From contig JAQWQE010000029.1 in assembly GCA_029244925.1 (NCBI GenBank), forward strand, positions 24,749-88,748: DNA of 64,000 bases, given 5' to 3'. Each line of letters opens with the position of its first letter. Position 1 is the first letter of the stretch. Below, piece by piece: positions 38,894 through 48,885 of the stretch. Both the position numbers and the translations under genes were made by a program. The DNA comes from Gammaproteobacteria bacterium (GTDB taxonomy: Bacteria > Pseudomonadota > Gammaproteobacteria > Steroidobacterales > UBA11654). The notes beneath the pieces are model-generated. The model was not told where the DNA came from. It was given only the letters and a program-made list of their open reading frames with translations, and did no database searches.

Positions 38894-40048
38894 GACCGTT
38901 TTTTGCTCCATCAAGTCCTTTATTAAACCGTCATCATATCCAATCCCTTTCAGTACACTCCTTGTATTTTGACCTCTAGTGGGCGCGGTATGTTTATAGA
39001 TTGGAGTAGAATTAGAAAATTTTAATGGGCTGCCCGCTTGCCTCTCTGTCTCCTTAGCGCCCTTTGGAACATTGACTACCATTTGTCTATTTTGTAATTG
39101 TTGGCTCTCTATAGCTTCAGACAAACTTAGAACTGGTTCTACACAAGCATCAATATTTTCAAAAAGAGTAACGCACTCTTCAAAAGTTTTACTCCCGAAA
39201 GCGCTAGTCAAACCCTGATGGATTTTATCTTGTGCTTCTGGAGTTAAATAATCTAGATTATATAGGTCCATTCGACCCATTGCTTCGCAGAGTTCTTTAA
39301 AAAATTTTGGCTCAAGACTGCCGACAGAAAAATACTTCCCTTCCTTAGTTTTATAGTAATTATAAAAACCACCTCCATTGAGATTATTAGACTGAAAAGA
39401 CGCTTCATTATCATTTACAAGATAGTCAGCTGCATGAATTGAGTTAAGAGCAAAACTTGCATCAAGCATACTGATGTCAATATGTTGTCCAATGTTTCGA
39501 CTTTGCCTCTCAATGATGGCGGCTAAAATTCCTGTAACAGCATGCATAGAACCGCCCGCTAGGTCAGCTATTTGTATGCCAGATAAAGTAGGTCCTTCGC
39601 TTGTTGTACCACTATAACTACTAACCCCACTAAGAGATAAATAATTAATATCATGCCCTGCTTTTTGTTTTAAAGGGCCGGTCTGCCCATAACCTGTTAT
39701 GGAGCAGTAAATTAATTTAGAATTAAGTTGAGACAATGATTTATAACTCAACCCCAATCGATCCATAACGCCTGGCCTGAATTGCTCAACAAGAACATCA
39801 TAATCTTCAATTAATTTTTCAATAATAGCCCTCCCCTTGGGATCCTTAAGATTAATAGCAATAGATTTTTTGGATCTACCCAAATAAGACCTCATAGCTG
39901 CGCCACGATGCTTAAAAGATACATCGCCCTCGCTTACCGGCTCAACCCATAAAACGTCAGCCCCCATGTCAGCAAGGGTCATGGTTGCATAAGGTCCCGG
40001 AAGAAGTGTTGAAAAATCAAGAATTTTTATTTTATCTAAAGGGGCCAT
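38888..40048 (-). CDS. CoA-transferase family III protein (alpha-methylacyl-CoA racemase-like)
   Basis: 386 aa. KILDFSTLLPGPYATMTLADMGADV and GHDINYLSLSG, as recalled for the AMACR/CaiB-BaiF family. Confidence 0.8.
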   Translation of the reverse strand: MAPLDKIKILDFSTLLPGPYATMTLADMGADVLWVEPVSEGDVSFKHRGAAMRSYLGRSKKSIAINLKDPKGRAIIEKLIEDYDVLVEQFRPGVMDRLGLSYKSLSQLNSKLIYCSITGYGQTGPLKQKAGHDINYLSLSGVSSYSGTTSEGPTLSGIQIADLAGGSMHAVTGILAAIIERQSRNIGQHIDISMLDASFALNSIHAADYLVNDNEASFQSNNLNGGGFYNYYKTKEGKYFSVGSLEPKFFKELCEAMGRMDLYNLDYLTPEAQDKIHQGLTSAFGSKTFEECVTLFENIDACVEPVLSLSEAIESQQLQNRQMVVNVPKGAKETERQAGSPLKFSNSTPIYKHTAPTRGQNTRSVLKGIGYDDGLIKDLMEQKTVL

Positions 40049-40052
40049 ATCA

Positions 40053-41318
40053 CTATAGAGAAAGGTGGATTTTTTCTAGTTGTTGAACAACAAGGTCTAC
40101 GTGTTCTATTTGAAAGGTCATTGGTGGTCTTAGTTTGATCACATTGTTTTGTGGCCCTGTCTGGCCTACTAATATGCCATTATTCATTAACCGCTCCACA
40201 GTTAATGTGGTTGTTGCTTTATCTTTCATTTCGACGCCAATAAACAGGCCGCTACCTCGTATATCTTTTATGACTTCACTAGAGCCAATAGCTCTGCTTA
40301 GCTCTTTTTGAAAATAGTTACCTACTATTTTTGCATGCTCAACCAAGCCCTTGTCTTGAATGCATTGCATCACTGCCAGGCCAGCGGCACATGCAACAGG
40401 ATTCCCTCCAAATGTATTAAAGTAACCATAGTCATGGTTAAAGCTATCAGCAATTTCTCGTGTTGTTATTACAGCAGAAATAGGGTGTCCATTGCCCATA
40501 GGCTTACCCAATGTGACAATATCTGGAACAACTTCGGAATGCTCAAAGCCCCACATAAAATCGCCTGTTCTGCCAAAGCCTGACTGCACTTCATCTGCAA
40601 TGGTTAGCCCTCCCAATTCCTTAACCAAGGCATATAGTGTTGCTAGGTACTCTTTTTTAGGAAGATAAATGCCCTCACTGCTAAAAATATTATCTGCAAT
40701 AAAAGCTGCTAAAGAATGGCCATGAGATTTCAATATTTTAACCTGAGCCGTTGTATTTTGGATATATTGTTCTTCATGCTCTGGGTAAGCTTCTGGACCA
40801 GGTATGGTTGCAATCCAACTTTCTCTTTGTGTTTCACTACAATCCTCTGGGCTCATCTGAAAAACTGCTGTGGTATTACCGTGGTATGCATTCTCAGTAA
40901 CCAAACACCCTGTTTGGCCCGTATAATTTCTTGCAATTTGTAAAGCTAAATCATTTGCTTCACTGCCGCTGCAACAAAAATAACAAACGTTTAAACCTTC
41001 TGGCATGGACTCTATTATTTTCTCAGCTAAATCAACAATGTTGTGATGCAAATAACGAGTGTTGGTATTAAGCAATGCTGCTTGTTGGGCGATAGCGTCC
41101 ACTACTTCTGAATTGCAGTGCCCAACGTGAGCAACATTGTTATAAACATCTAAATATTTTTTCCCTGCTTCATCAAACAACCAAACATCATCGCCTTTTA
41201 TGATGTGTAGAGGTTCTTTGTAAAAATATTGATCTCCATTTCCCAAATAACTCATGCGCTTTTTAAAAACTGCTTGTTTATTAACTTCTTCGCTCATTTT
41301 TAAAACCCTAATCAACAA
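40053..41318 (-). CDS. Class III PLP enzyme of the AGXT2L (phospho-lyase) type
   Basis: 421 aa with a TTG start; the alternative ATG at 41297 gives [50 protein letters not shown] and ENAYHG closely resemble recalled motifs of ethanolamine-phosphate / 5-phosphohydroxylysine phospho-lyases. Confidence 0.7.
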   Translation of the reverse strand: MLIRVLKMSEEVNKQAVFKKRMSYLGNGDQYFYKEPLHIIKGDDVWLFDEAGKKYLDVYNNVAHVGHCNSEVVDAIAQQAALLNTNTRYLHHNIVDLAEKIIESMPEGLNVCYFCCSGSEANDLALQIARNYTGQTGCLVTENAYHGNTTAVFQMSPEDCSETQRESWIATIPGPEAYPEHEEQYIQNTTAQVKILKSHGHSLAAFIADNIFSSEGIYLPKKEYLATLYALVKELGGLTIADEVQSGFGRTGDFMWGFEHSEVVPDIVTLGKPMGNGHPISAVITTREIADSFNHDYGYFNTFGGNPVACAAGLAVMQCIQDKGLVEHAKIVGNYFQKELSRAIGSSEVIKDIRGSGLFIGVEMKDKATTTLTVERLMNNGILVGQTGPQNNVIKLRPPMTFQIEHVDLVVQQLEKIHLSL

Positions 41319-42369
41319 CAGGTGTTAAGTTGTTTTTTAGTGTAGTCGACACACCTTCCAGGTCTGACTTTAATAGCGCTTCTAGAGTTTTCCACATTCG
41401 TTGTATTCCGCCTAAAATATACTCTTGGTTATCGGGGTGATCTATCGCTCTCCACTCACAAATGATTGCCGACATCGCAACCCTATTCATAATTAGCCCA
41501 GGTAATAAGTCGAGCTCTTTGGGCAACAGTGGGTATGCTTGATGGTAGCCGGACAATAAGCTTGAAGTGCCTTTAAAAATATCATTCATAGCAGCGGTTT
41601 GATAAGCGGCAGCCACTGCCAAATCATTAATTAAAGGTGCCTCCACCATGTCGCCAAAATCTATCATTCCGGCAACCTCTGATGATCCTGATGACACCAA
41701 TATGACATTATCAGAGTTCATGTCATTGTGAATTACCTGGGTCCGGAGCTTTGCCAATGGTTTCTCAACATGGTCTGTAAAATATAATAAAGCTTTGTGT
41801 GCCATACTTTTATTATGCTTATTTTTAATAAATGGAAGCAATTCATAAAGAAGGTGTGTGTGGCTCATGTCCCATAGTAATTTATGCTTTGATGAAGAAT
41901 GTTTAAAGTTTTTTAAGCCTTTCCCTAGGCTGCCTAAAAAAGAACCCATGTTTGAATACAGTTTTTGAATGTTTTTTGGGGAGTTTATGTCGCCCAGTGG
42001 TTTTCCATCTACAAAAGAAACCAGTCGAACTAAAAATTTTTGGTTATGCATTTTTACAGCCACAATGTCACTGCCTGATAAATTGCATTTAACCCTAGGT
42101 AGAGATAATTCAGAGTTATTAGAAAGGTGCTTAAGGGCTTTGTTTTGAAAATCTAAGGTATTAAAACTTTCCTTGCTGTTGGCTATTTTTAATACAAAAC
42201 GTTCATTGTTTGAACTTTCTATATAAAAGTTTTGATCTCTTTCACTGGCTAAATATTTAATGTTTTTTGGGCTATCAACCCATTGTTCGGCAATCTTTTC
42301 GGCATCACATATGCTTAAATTAGGGGCTGGGTTTTCCAAAACAGGGAATGCAAAAACAGGGCTCTTCAT
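41308..42369 (-). CDS. APH/homoserine-kinase-II-type phosphotransferase (hydroxylysine-kinase-like)
   Basis: 353 aa. Catalytic loop HNDMNSDNVIL and Mg-binding IDFGDM. Confidence 0.75.
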   Translation of the reverse strand: MKSPVFAFPVLENPAPNLSICDAEKIAEQWVDSPKNIKYLASERDQNFYIESSNNERFVLKIANSKESFNTLDFQNKALKHLSNNSELSLPRVKCNLSGSDIVAVKMHNQKFLVRLVSFVDGKPLGDINSPKNIQKLYSNMGSFLGSLGKGLKNFKHSSSKHKLLWDMSHTHLLYELLPFIKNKHNKSMAHKALLYFTDHVEKPLAKLRTQVIHNDMNSDNVILVSSGSSEVAGMIDFGDMVEAPLINDLAVAAAYQTAAMNDIFKGTSSLLSGYHQAYPLLPKELDLLPGLIMNRVAMSAIICEWRAIDHPDNQEYILGGIQRMWKTLEALLKSDLEGVSTTLKNNLTPVVD

Positions 42370-42372
42370 CTC

Positions 42373-43206
42373 TTAGACCTCGCTCCAAATGGATTCAATC
42401 CAGGACTTTATAAGCAACGCCTCTTCCCATCTGTCCGATAACTCCAGTTGATTTTGATCAGTAATAGCATATGCAGGAGGCCCTAGTTCGCATAAAAAAA
42501 CCAATGTGGCATCGTCATCATTCCTGGCCTTCCATTTTTTAATGCCTTCTTTCCACCAATTTTTAAAGACATTAACCCATACTTGGTGCTGAGGAAACGA
42601 TAACTGTATTTGAATTTGGCCTCTGGCTGCCACCCGGCCTTGAAAACACTCTGCCCGATCCAAAATAGTATTAATATAACCCTGATCTCTTTCATTAATA
42701 GGAGTCCACATCTCTCTATCCACTACAAAATGAGAAAGATCGGCACATAATTTCATCTCAGGTACCGCATCAATCAACTGCAGCGTGTAATACAAATCAT
42801 TTAAAATACTATCCCTATGTGTTTCAAACAGTATGTCTACTTCGGCTTTATCGGCATCCTCCATCCATCGCTTCACAACTGGAATGCCATCTCTATAATC
42901 AATGGGCATAACCCCTCCAATAACATTAACAAAACAAGCATTGAACTCTTTTGCCAAACCAAGGACGGGGTTAAGGTCATCAAGGTGGTAGGGAAATGCA
43001 TTAACCATGCATTCAAGCTCATTGCTTTTAAACAAGGCTTGCATTGATTTAAACTGCTCCACTTCATCAGCCGTTAGATCAATGCAAACTCCATCAAAAC
43101 CGCCTGCTTTAATTTTTTCAAACTTTGACTCATTTGAGGGCTCCTCATCTATTGGGTGTCTTTGCTCCATACCCCAAAGTGACTGATATATTTTTAGGTG
43201 TTGCAT
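42373..43206 (-). CDS. Xylose-isomerase-like TIM-barrel protein (sugar phosphate isomerase/epimerase family)
   Basis: 277 aa. The family call rests on overall pattern only (…FETH…, …CADLSHF…), so it is moderately supported. Confidence 0.55.
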   Translation of the reverse strand: MQHLKIYQSLWGMEQRHPIDEEPSNESKFEKIKAGGFDGVCIDLTADEVEQFKSMQALFKSNELECMVNAFPYHLDDLNPVLGLAKEFNACFVNVIGGVMPIDYRDGIPVVKRWMEDADKAEVDILFETHRDSILNDLYYTLQLIDAVPEMKLCADLSHFVVDREMWTPINERDQGYINTILDRAECFQGRVAARGQIQIQLSFPQHQVWVNVFKNWWKEGIKKWKARNDDDATLVFLCELGPPAYAITDQNQLELSDRWEEALLIKSWIESIWSEV

Positions 43207-43209
43207 TCT

Positions 43210-44238
43210 TTAGTCTGAAAAATAATGAGCCAATGTGGATTTTTGCAATATAACATCAACCATGGCTCTATCTTTAATTGCATTGTATTCATTACATAAA
43301 GCTAAAAAAGATTTTTTATGATAACGGTTAGGGGAGCCAATACGGTGTTCAAAAAGCTTGTTCTTTATCGTCACAGATAAAGAGTCATGCCCATCAATCA
43401 CTGCTTGATTGTTTGCTTGCAGCCATGGCATAAAAATACCCCCTATGTCTTGGGTCAAAATTGGCATTAATGTTTCCTCCAAGTTTTTCCAAGGCTCAAA
43501 ATCACCCCTCATTTCTGGGTTTTCCATTAAATGAATCCATTTTAGCGTTTTAGGATAGCTCAACTCAATAATCTTTTTTAAAGTTGGGTCTGACCATGCT
43601 TGATAGAGTTGCCCATAAATTCCAAAATCAGCAATAGAGGGTTTTAAGCCAAAAAAATAAGGTCTTGCCTGAAGGTGGGTCTCACTGTGTTTTAAAAAAT
43701 CTAAAAAAGACTCTTCGATTTGGCCCCCTGTATTTTTATTAGAACTTGTGACCCAGAGTCTTGCTATTTGACGCTTACGAATAGCTGAGGCAATTTTCTT
43801 ATGGGCGAAGCGATTAATAATAGGAATTATTTTGACCCAAGTGGGTAAAAATGGATCAGTAATCCTAAGCGCCGCATCCCATTGATCTTCCTTGTAACTC
43901 CAACGCGAATGAAACATCGGTTTGACCAACCACTCGTCAGCATACTCTTCCAACAGTCTTGCTATAAATGCTGTGTGTTCCTCTTTTGGAATTATAGAGC
44001 GCTCTTGAAATTGTTTTTCCATTAACTGAATAATTGGGGTTGAGTCTTGTATGGCTTTTTTTTCAGGGGTAATGACCAGTGGAACTATGGCTATTTTGGC
44101 ATGCTTCTTAAACTCGCTATTTGTTTTATGACTCCTTTCGATCCAGCTGTGCGGAATCCTTTTATATCTAAAATAAGATCGAACCTTTACAGAGTAAGGT
44201 GATGGTTCGTTGCCATACACAAGGTATTTTTCAGTCAC
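43210..44238 (-). CDS. Glutathione S-transferase-like protein
   Basis: 342 aa. N-terminal thioredoxin-like GST_N pattern YGNEPSPYSVKVRSYFRYKRIPH and a long helical C-terminal region. Confidence 0.55.
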   Translation of the reverse strand: MTEKYLVYGNEPSPYSVKVRSYFRYKRIPHSWIERSHKTNSEFKKHAKIAIVPLVITPEKKAIQDSTPIIQLMEKQFQERSIIPKEEHTAFIARLLEEYADEWLVKPMFHSRWSYKEDQWDAALRITDPFLPTWVKIIPIINRFAHKKIASAIRKRQIARLWVTSSNKNTGGQIEESFLDFLKHSETHLQARPYFFGLKPSIADFGIYGQLYQAWSDPTLKKIIELSYPKTLKWIHLMENPEMRGDFEPWKNLEETLMPILTQDIGGIFMPWLQANNQAVIDGHDSLSVTIKNKLFEHRIGSPNRYHKKSFLALCNEYNAIKDRAMVDVILQKSTLAHYFSD

Positions 44239-45518
44239 TACTTCAAGCCTCCAATACTGGGTAACACTTGTTGAATAACGGCATTTAAGCCTATTTCGCT
44301 CCGTTGATCATCTTTAAAATAACTGTTCCATACAACAACGTAGTCTTTGTTTGGGTTTGTGATTAAACCTTGTCCAGCCCAGCCCCCTTTAAAGAGGTCA
44401 CCATTCTCATAAACCATATCCCACTGATAAATATTGTATCTTAACTCTTTGGGTATTTTGTTGGCGCCCTCCCTGCGAATCAAATGGGGTCTTCCTTGGT
44501 TTAATAGGTATGCGATGTGATCTTCTGAAATGATGCGTTGGTCAGATACAGTTGAATAACTGGGTGTAAACAATAGGCCAAACCTGGCTAAGTCTTTTAG
44601 TGTTGTTAACAGTCCGCCATGCATAACAGGAATGCCATTCCTAGGAGCAAAAATGGCAGCATCACTCTCGGTCCCTATTTTTGTCCATATCATCTCACTC
44701 AAGGCATCTTGAAGTTGCATGCCGGTTATCTTTTCAACCAGCCAACCTAAAACGAATGTATTGACTCCGGAGTAGCTATAAACCGTTCCTTGCTCGTAAA
44801 GAGAGCCAAAATTCATATTCGCTATAAACTCATAAGGGTTATTAGGAGATGATTCATCCCAATAACCATCTCCCACAGCCATTGAATAAAGGTAATAACA
44901 AGATTTTTTATTTGTATAGTTATCTGGACAGTTAATGCCTGTCGCCATATCAAGAATATTGTTAATAGTGATGTTTTTAAAATCAGAATTTTTAAGTTCC
45001 GGTAGGTAGAAGTCAATGGGCAAACTAATATCAATCTTATTTTCTGCCTCAAGAATTGCTATCAAGCTGGATACAGTCACTTTTGTGACGGACCAGTGAA
45101 CTGGTTTTTCATATGGTTTCATTCTGGGGTAGTGCTCAAAAACAACCTTCCCTTTATGCAAAATAACTACCCCCATAGCTGTGGATTGTTCGCTATCAAG
45201 AAACGCTTTAAAACCCATGCTTCCTGCTTTAGTTTTGATCTGTAATGCATCAATATCGCTATTAAGATTGCTTTCTAGTTGTTTGACTGCACCCTTCCTA
45301 TAAACCGTGACTGTTGGAAAAATCTTATTGAGATTTTTAAAATTCCAAAGCATGTCTTTTCCATTAACCGTCCACCAAATATCGTCTTTACGCAATCGCT
45401 CTATTTGGTTTATGGTTTCATCAACACTTGGGTTCACAGAAATCACTTGCGCATGTGCATTAAAAATAAAAACCAGACACAGAAGGCAGAGGCTTTTGTT
45501 TTTAAATGTAACCGTCAT
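44238..45518 (-). CDS. Exported serine hydrolase (beta-lactamase / D-aminopeptidase-like)
   Basis: 426 aa. Signal peptide ending AHA-Q and an S-x-x-K motif (HWSVTKV). Confidence 0.8.
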   Translation of the reverse strand: MTVTFKNKSLCLLCLVFIFNAHAQVISVNPSVDETINQIERLRKDDIWWTVNGKDMLWNFKNLNKIFPTVTVYRKGAVKQLESNLNSDIDALQIKTKAGSMGFKAFLDSEQSTAMGVVILHKGKVVFEHYPRMKPYEKPVHWSVTKVTVSSLIAILEAENKIDISLPIDFYLPELKNSDFKNITINNILDMATGINCPDNYTNKKSCYYLYSMAVGDGYWDESSPNNPYEFIANMNFGSLYEQGTVYSYSGVNTFVLGWLVEKITGMQLQDALSEMIWTKIGTESDAAIFAPRNGIPVMHGGLLTTLKDLARFGLLFTPSYSTVSDQRIISEDHIAYLLNQGRPHLIRREGANKIPKELRYNIYQWDMVYENGDLFKGGWAGQGLITNPNKDYVVVWNSYFKDDQRSEIGLNAVIQQVLPSIGGLK

Positions 45519-45621
45519 TTTAAAATACTCATTTTTATCGCTTTAGCTGTTCATCAAAGAAATTGAATTGTAGACTGTTTATTGTATATCGGAATAACAA
45601 AAAATAGCATAAGGTGCATAA

Positions 45622-46419
45622 TTGATTCGTTCATTAAGTAGAGGGCTAGACATCATTGCAATTTTTAATAAAAGCGATAGTGTTAGCGCATCTGAGATCT
45701 CAAAAAAGTTAAAAATGCCTAGATCAACCGTTTATAGAATTCTTGAAACCCTAATTGAAAAAGGGTTTATCTATCAACACAGTTCTGATCGAAGGTTTAG
45801 GCTGACCCAAAAAGTTAGTTCGCTAAGTGATGGTTATACTGATGAAGATCACATGGCAAATATCAGTCGCAAATTTTTAGAGGAGTTTACCCAAGAACAC
45901 GATTGGCCTGTAACATTAGCGACAATTTCAGGTATTGATATTGTTGTTAGAGAGAATACAGACCGCCAAAGTCCTTTTGCATCAGAGCAATTTAGCATTG
46001 GTTATAGAATGCCAATCTTAGAAACAGCCTCAGGCCTATGCATGCTTGCCCATATGCCAACAAAAAGACAAAAACTCATACTAAAAACACTTGCGAAAAC
46101 AAACAACGACCCTAAAAAAATAGTTAACAATACTGCAGTTTTAGAGAAGAAGCTTGTAAAAATCTTAAACCAAGGTTTTTCGGTAAAAAATAGAGTCAGG
46201 CGTTTTGCCGACCTAACAGCAATATCTGTACCTATTATTACAGAAGAAGAGGCTGTACGTGGAGCATTAACTATTCGCTATTCAAGATCAGCAATTGCTT
46301 TGGAACAGGCGGTAGCAAAATTTGTTCCCAGTTTAATGAAAACCTCTCTAGAGATTGCCTCAAGAATCAACCTTCACATTAATAAGCAACAGTCTCTTAA
46401 CAATAAGGAGTCTTATTAA
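45622..46419 (+). CDS. IclR family transcriptional regulator
   Basis: 265 aa. TTG start preceded by AAGGTG, and an N-terminal wHTH ASEISKKLKMPRSTVYRILETLIEKGFI. Divergent from the hydrolase operon. Confidence 0.85.
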   Translation: MIRSLSRGLDIIAIFNKSDSVSASEISKKLKMPRSTVYRILETLIEKGFIYQHSSDRRFRLTQKVSSLSDGYTDEDHMANISRKFLEEFTQEHDWPVTLATISGIDIVVRENTDRQSPFASEQFSIGYRMPILETASGLCMLAHMPTKRQKLILKTLAKTNNDPKKIVNNTAVLEKKLVKILNQGFSVKNRVRRFADLTAISVPIITEEEAVRGALTIRYSRSAIALEQAVAKFVPSLMKTSLEIASRINLHINKQQSLNNKESY

Positions 46420-47327
46420 GGAGATCTTGGAATATGCTCTTGCTGGCATGTTGCATACCAATCGGTTAAATCGGACCTAGTCGTCCACCAAACTCCTTGG
46501 AGTTTTTGTGCTTCTTGAATGAACTCTTTTATGGCCCTAATTCGATAGGCTCGTCCGCTAACATGTGGGTGTAGACCAATATTCATAATCTTAGCGGTTG
46601 TTGCGCTCTCCTCATAAAGCACCGACATCTCCTCCAATAAAACATCTCTAAACTCATCCGTGGTGAGGCCTCTTCTTGTCAACAGAGTAAAATCATTAAT
46701 TTCATTATTGTATGGCACAGCTGTTATTTCTCCTGATGGCGTCTCAATCATATAAGGTTGATCATCATTCATCGTGTCGCAATAAAATTTAAGCCCGTTT
46801 CTAACCAAAATATCTGCGGTATTTAAAGTTCCCCTCAGAGATGAAGACAGCCAACCTTGTGGCTTGGTTCTTGTTGTTTCTTCAAACACTTTTAAAGTTC
46901 TTTTTATCAGCTCTTCTTCCTTTTCAGGATCATTATAAAAATTAGTTAGTAGCTCGCCTTGCTCAAAATTATGAGGTATGAGTTCACACCCTCTCTCCAT
47001 TGCAGCATCAACCATTTCTCGACGCCTATTACAGGTCTCAGCATTAATGGTGCAGCCAGGCTTTATGCCCAATTGATCAAATAATTCAAACAGCCTCCAA
47101 ACCCCTACTCTCTGTCCATACTCCCTCCACATATAATTGGGAAAATCTGGGACATTACCAGGAAGAAGGTCGGGTAGGATTGGTGGCCCGCCTGCGTAAT
47201 AGGGTTTATTTGTTTCTTTGATTAGGTTCCATGTTTCTAAATTAATTGTAATAATAATGGCAAGCTTTTTATTTTCTGGCCAAGAGAGCTTTCCTCTATT
47301 TACAATGGGTATGTATGGGTACTTCAT
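46416..47327 (-). CDS. Polysaccharide-deacetylase-fold protein (PuuE allantoinase-like)
   Basis: 303 aa. The C-terminal MNIGLHPHVSGRAYRIRAIKEFIQ...VWWTTRSDLTDWY resembles the recalled PuuE pattern (GLH.R..GrP.R...l..Fl....vW...r.dia.hW). Confidence 0.65.
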   Translation of the reverse strand: MKYPYIPIVNRGKLSWPENKKLAIIITINLETWNLIKETNKPYYAGGPPILPDLLPGNVPDFPNYMWREYGQRVGVWRLFELFDQLGIKPGCTINAETCNRRREMVDAAMERGCELIPHNFEQGELLTNFYNDPEKEEELIKRTLKVFEETTRTKPQGWLSSSLRGTLNTADILVRNGLKFYCDTMNDDQPYMIETPSGEITAVPYNNEINDFTLLTRRGLTTDEFRDVLLEEMSVLYEESATTAKIMNIGLHPHVSGRAYRIRAIKEFIQEAQKLQGVWWTTRSDLTDWYATCQQEHIPRSP

Positions 47328-47469
47328 TTTAAAAGGATGTCAGACACGACATAGCATTACAATAATAAAAACTAATCTTTCCCAAAATTGCTACAACTAA
47401 AAAAATAAAAAAAGCGTTATAGAAATAATTTAAGATAGAGTTAAAAAGACAATACGGGTTTGGTTATTT

Positions 47470-48879
47470 ATGAAAAGAAGAGATCTCTTAAAAACAACAC
47501 TAGCCGGTGGGGCTTTGCTTCCAATGAGCACAGACAGCCTTGCTGAAAAAGAACCTAAAACCACCTCTTTAAAAAACCATCAAAAAGGGGCGGAAATTCT
47601 TCGTGGAGGGCCCTTGGTTAACTTGGAGCGTGCTTATAAAGTTATGGCCGAAGAAAATCTTGATGGGCTTATAGTTACTCAACCAATAAACTTTTACTAC
47701 TTCACTGGTTACCATGATCATTTGGCAGTTCGGTATGATGCTCCAAGTTCTTTTGCCTTAATAACAAGGAATGAAAAACAGCCAATTAGCATCATTATGA
47801 ACCAGTTTATCTATTATTTTTGTGTCGCTGATAGTAATTTTAAATGGCCTTCTGATGTTTACCTTTTTACTGGATGGGATAAAAAAATAGTAGGAACAAA
47901 CCCTGATACCAAGCCATCAAATAAGGAGCCCAAAGCGAGTTCTCCTTTTATTTTTCAAGATAAAAAACAAATGCCTCAGAGTTATATTGAAAAGAATCGC
48001 TTAGAAAAGCTTGATATAGCGCTTGAGAACATTCCAGAAAGTGCTGATGCTAGATGGGCGTTGACTAAAGCAATTTGTAATAACGGTTTAGAAAAGTCGA
48101 AAATTGGTATTGACCACCCTGTAATAAATAGGGTTATTGATACCTCCGGCCTTGATATAAAGACGGTAGATGGTGACCATGCGCTTCGTAAAATAAGGTT
48201 GATTAAAACGCCTCGTGAAATTGAATTAATGCGTATCACAGCGGAAAATAATGCGACCGCTGCACTTAATGCAGTCAGAGCTGTTAGGGCTGGAGCAAAT
48301 CATTTTGAATTAAAATCATTGTTTTTTAGTGAATGTGCAAAACTTGGAAATATGCCTCTTTTGATGCAAATTGACAGTGTAAACTCAGAAGTTTTTAATG
48401 CTGAACTAAAAGACGGAGATGCTTTTGCAATTGATGGTGTGTCTCAGGCCTTTCACTACACTGGAGATTATGGGAGAACAGTTTTTCTAGGTGAGCCTAG
48501 CCGCTCAATGAAAAAAGCTACAGATGCTATAGCAATTGGATGGGACGCTGTAAGAGAAAAACTAAAACCAGGCCTTCGTTATTCAGAGATTAGAACAATA
48601 GGTCGTGATGCAATAAAAAAATCAGGTTACAACTTTAACGTTGCTGTGACACCACATAGTGTAGGCCTGTCTCATACAGATGAGCCTGGAAGAGATGGAC
48701 CTGGGTCTTATTGGGTCAAGGATGACTTGGTATTAGAAGAAAATATGATTATCAGTGTAGATATGCCCGTGTTACACACGGGCATTGGTGGTTCAGCTCA
48801 CCTTGAAGATCTCACACTAATTACCAAAGATGGCAGTGAACAAATAAACGATATTGGCGACCGTATCGTTATTGTTTGA
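47470..48879 (+). CDS. Tat-exported M24 (creatinase/prolidase-type) metallopeptidase
   Basis: 469 aa. Twin-arginine signal MKRRDLLKTTLAGGALLP, and a C-terminal pita-bread domain with candidate metal ligands (DAFAIDGV, PHSVGLSH, LEENMI, HLEDL). Confidence 0.8.
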   Translation: MKRRDLLKTTLAGGALLPMSTDSLAEKEPKTTSLKNHQKGAEILRGGPLVNLERAYKVMAEENLDGLIVTQPINFYYFTGYHDHLAVRYDAPSSFALITRNEKQPISIIMNQFIYYFCVADSNFKWPSDVYLFTGWDKKIVGTNPDTKPSNKEPKASSPFIFQDKKQMPQSYIEKNRLEKLDIALENIPESADARWALTKAICNNGLEKSKIGIDHPVINRVIDTSGLDIKTVDGDHALRKIRLIKTPREIELMRITAENNATAALNAVRAVRAGANHFELKSLFFSECAKLGNMPLLMQIDSVNSEVFNAELKDGDAFAIDGVSQAFHYTGDYGRTVFLGEPSRSMKKATDAIAIGWDAVREKLKPGLRYSEIRTIGRDAIKKSGYNFNVAVTPHSVGLSHTDEPGRDGPGSYWVKDDLVLEENMIISVDMPVLHTGIGGSAHLEDLTLITKDGSEQINDIGDRIVIV

Positions 48880-48885
48880 ATGTTA

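Noticed and set aside
45519-45621. An imperfect palindrome TTGTATATCGGAATAACAA in the IclR/hydrolase divergent spacer, considered as an IclR operator.
   Set aside because: Only the outer TTGT/ACAA and a few inner positions pair. In AT-rich DNA this level of symmetry is common, so it is mentioned only as context and not called as a feature.
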